From an uncultured Candidatus Saccharibacteria bacterium (GTDB taxonomy: Bacteria; Patescibacteriota; Dojkabacteria; SC72): 27,356 nt of DNA. The stretch covers positions 1-27,356 of the forward strand of contig CAYGKF010000001.1 of assembly GCA_964350615.1 (NCBI GenBank), read 5' to 3'. Every line of letters starts with the position of its first letter. The first letter of the stretch is position 1. This document shows positions 26,299-27,356 of this stretch, piece after piece. The notes under the pieces were generated by a model, which worked only from the letters and a program-made list of their open reading frames with translations, made no database searches and had not been told where the DNA came from. Made by a program: the position numbers and the translations under genes.

Positions 26299-26502
26299 AT
26301 GAAAACATACATGTATGATCCTGTGTGTGGGAAAAAGATGGTGGAAAGAGAGATATATGTAGAAATAGAAAAGGAAATAGATGGAACAATTCATAAGATA
26401 CTCCTGTGTTGTCCAGAATGTCATGAGAAATTTGAAAAAGATGAGATAAACTATATAAACCAGGCAATAGAAATGGAAAAAACAAAACCAATATTAAATT
26501 AG
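26299..26502 (+). CDS. YHS/TRASH-domain metal-binding protein
   Basis: DPVCGK...LCCPECHEKFEKD. Start is 26299 or 26311 rather than the GTG at 26263. Confidence 0.85.
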   Translation: MKTYMYDPVCGKKMVEREIYVEIEKEIDGTIHKILLCCPECHEKFEKDEINYINQAIEMEKTKPILN

Positions 26503-26553
26503 CTAGAGAATAAGATGCCCCAAGAAAGCAGTACATCAACCTCCAACATCCTG

Positions 26554-26559
26554 TATAAT
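26554..26559 (+). promoter_or_regulatory. -10 box TATAAT 8 nt upstream of ATG 26568
   Basis: Perfect TATAAT; in-frame stop upstream fixes the start at 26568. Confidence 0.55.
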
Positions 26560-26567
26560 ATATCTAT

Positions 26568-27356
26568 ATGGCCACTATCAGACAAAGATATGCCCCAAAT
26601 ATTAAGGATTACAAATACTTAATACACCCCCTTAAACAAAACGGACAAATAACAGAAGGATTCCTTTACAGTGAAGAAGAAAGAAATGTACATGGTTTCT
26701 ATTTTCACAAGGCTATAGACTACACATGTAATTGGAAAACCCCAGTATACGCTGCAGCTAGTGGTTATGCTGTAGCAGGCTACCATAGATTCACACTACT
26801 TAACGAAGACAACACTCCCAAGCTTTACGAAGGAAAACCACTCTCTTTGGGCCTTGGTTACTTTGTACAAATATATCATCCATACAAGATATGTAGAGTT
26901 AAAGGTGGAAGAATTACACAATACAGTCATCTCTCTAAATTTGGTAATGGGATATATGCAAAGACACACAAACCCCTAAGGGTTAATTACAAAAAAGAAA
27001 TTATTAAAAAAAATAATACAAGAAGAAAGTACAAAAAAAGTAAAGCCCTATTAGAAAAAGCAATAAAAGAAACACAGAAATTAACAAGAAAATATTGGTG
27101 GATTAAAAAACTGTATGGTTTTTCATTCTCAGAGGATATAAACAAAAAAGAATCTTATCTGTACACACCTAAGGAACTTAAAAACCTTCTTTCTCAAGGA
27201 GATAAATATGTAAAATGGGTTGAGCAAGGAGACATAATTGGGTATACGGGTGCTTCTGGAATAATACACGGAAGATTAAAGTATTGGGAGAACAAGAGAA
27301 AACCTAATATGAGGAAATTTGAGACCTGGGATGAAGCACACCTTCATTTTGAAGAA
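26568..27356 (+). CDS. M23-family metallopeptidase, 3'-partial (missing from the supplied ORF track)
   Basis: My translation is open to the window end: MATIRQRYAP...HKAIDY...PVYAAASG...GLGYFVQIYH...QYSHL...VEQGDIIGYTGASG...AHLHFEE (HxxxD and HxH zinc motifs). Confidence 0.9.
   Translation, partial: MATIRQRYAPNIKDYKYLIHPLKQNGQITEGFLYSEEERNVHGFYFHKAIDYTCNWKTPVYAAASGYAVAGYHRFTLLNEDNTPKLYEGKPLSLGLGYFVQIYHPYKICRVKGGRITQYSHLSKFGNGIYAKTHKPLRVNYKKEIIKKNNTRRKYKKSKALLEKAIKETQKLTRKYWWIKKLYGFSFSEDINKKESYLYTPKELKNLLSQGDKYVKWVEQGDIIGYTGASGIIHGRLKYWENKRKPNMRKFETWDEAHLHFEE

Noticed and set aside
922-26539. Short ORFs antisense to or nested in long genes (e.g. 922-1119, 1474-1806, 2793-2999, 3006-3305, 3501-3746, 4898-5095, 5324-5545, 6021-6218, 6588-6803, 7460-7693, 9693-9881, 9838-10062, 11318-11542, 11886-12083, 19330-19671, 20922-23148 set, 24372-24614, 25130-26086 set, 26291-26539)
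   Set aside because: These are shadow frames of well-supported genes, with no recognisable motifs or start signals.
1-27356. CRISPR array, rRNA or transposase
   Set aside because: No regularly spaced repeats, rRNA-like tract or transposase/integrase motif was seen.

Overview
Low-GC bacterial chromosome segment read with the standard code (TGA acts as a stop). The compact gene set and near-absence of Shine-Dalgarno sites suggest a CPR/Patescibacteria-like genome, but that is an inference. Housekeeping genes: uvrC, dnaE, tRNA-Gly(TCC), rplS, gpmI, dedA, DUF192, a HelD-family ATPase and gatA. Envelope genes: a lysozyme-fold hydrolase, YggT, a transglutaminase-like protein, a 1642-aa beta-helix/Ig surface protein, a PAP2-like protein and a partial M23 peptidase. 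The strongest non-obvious signal is a complete type III hammerhead ribozyme at 24060-24111. It abuts a 23-bp hairpin in the 3' region of an atypical orphan membrane-protein gene (23422-23934). Other signals: a four-gene cluster containing a cupin PGI-like protein lacking its metal ligands, a Cys-to-Ser transglutaminase and a membrane-tethered RX4H (HEPN-like) protein; a possible HF/T autoproteolysis site and an exact 18-bp module-boundary repeat in the giant surface protein; pervasive leaderless-type promoters; and G/C skew switches inside genes. All calls come from motif recognition by eye; no searches were run.
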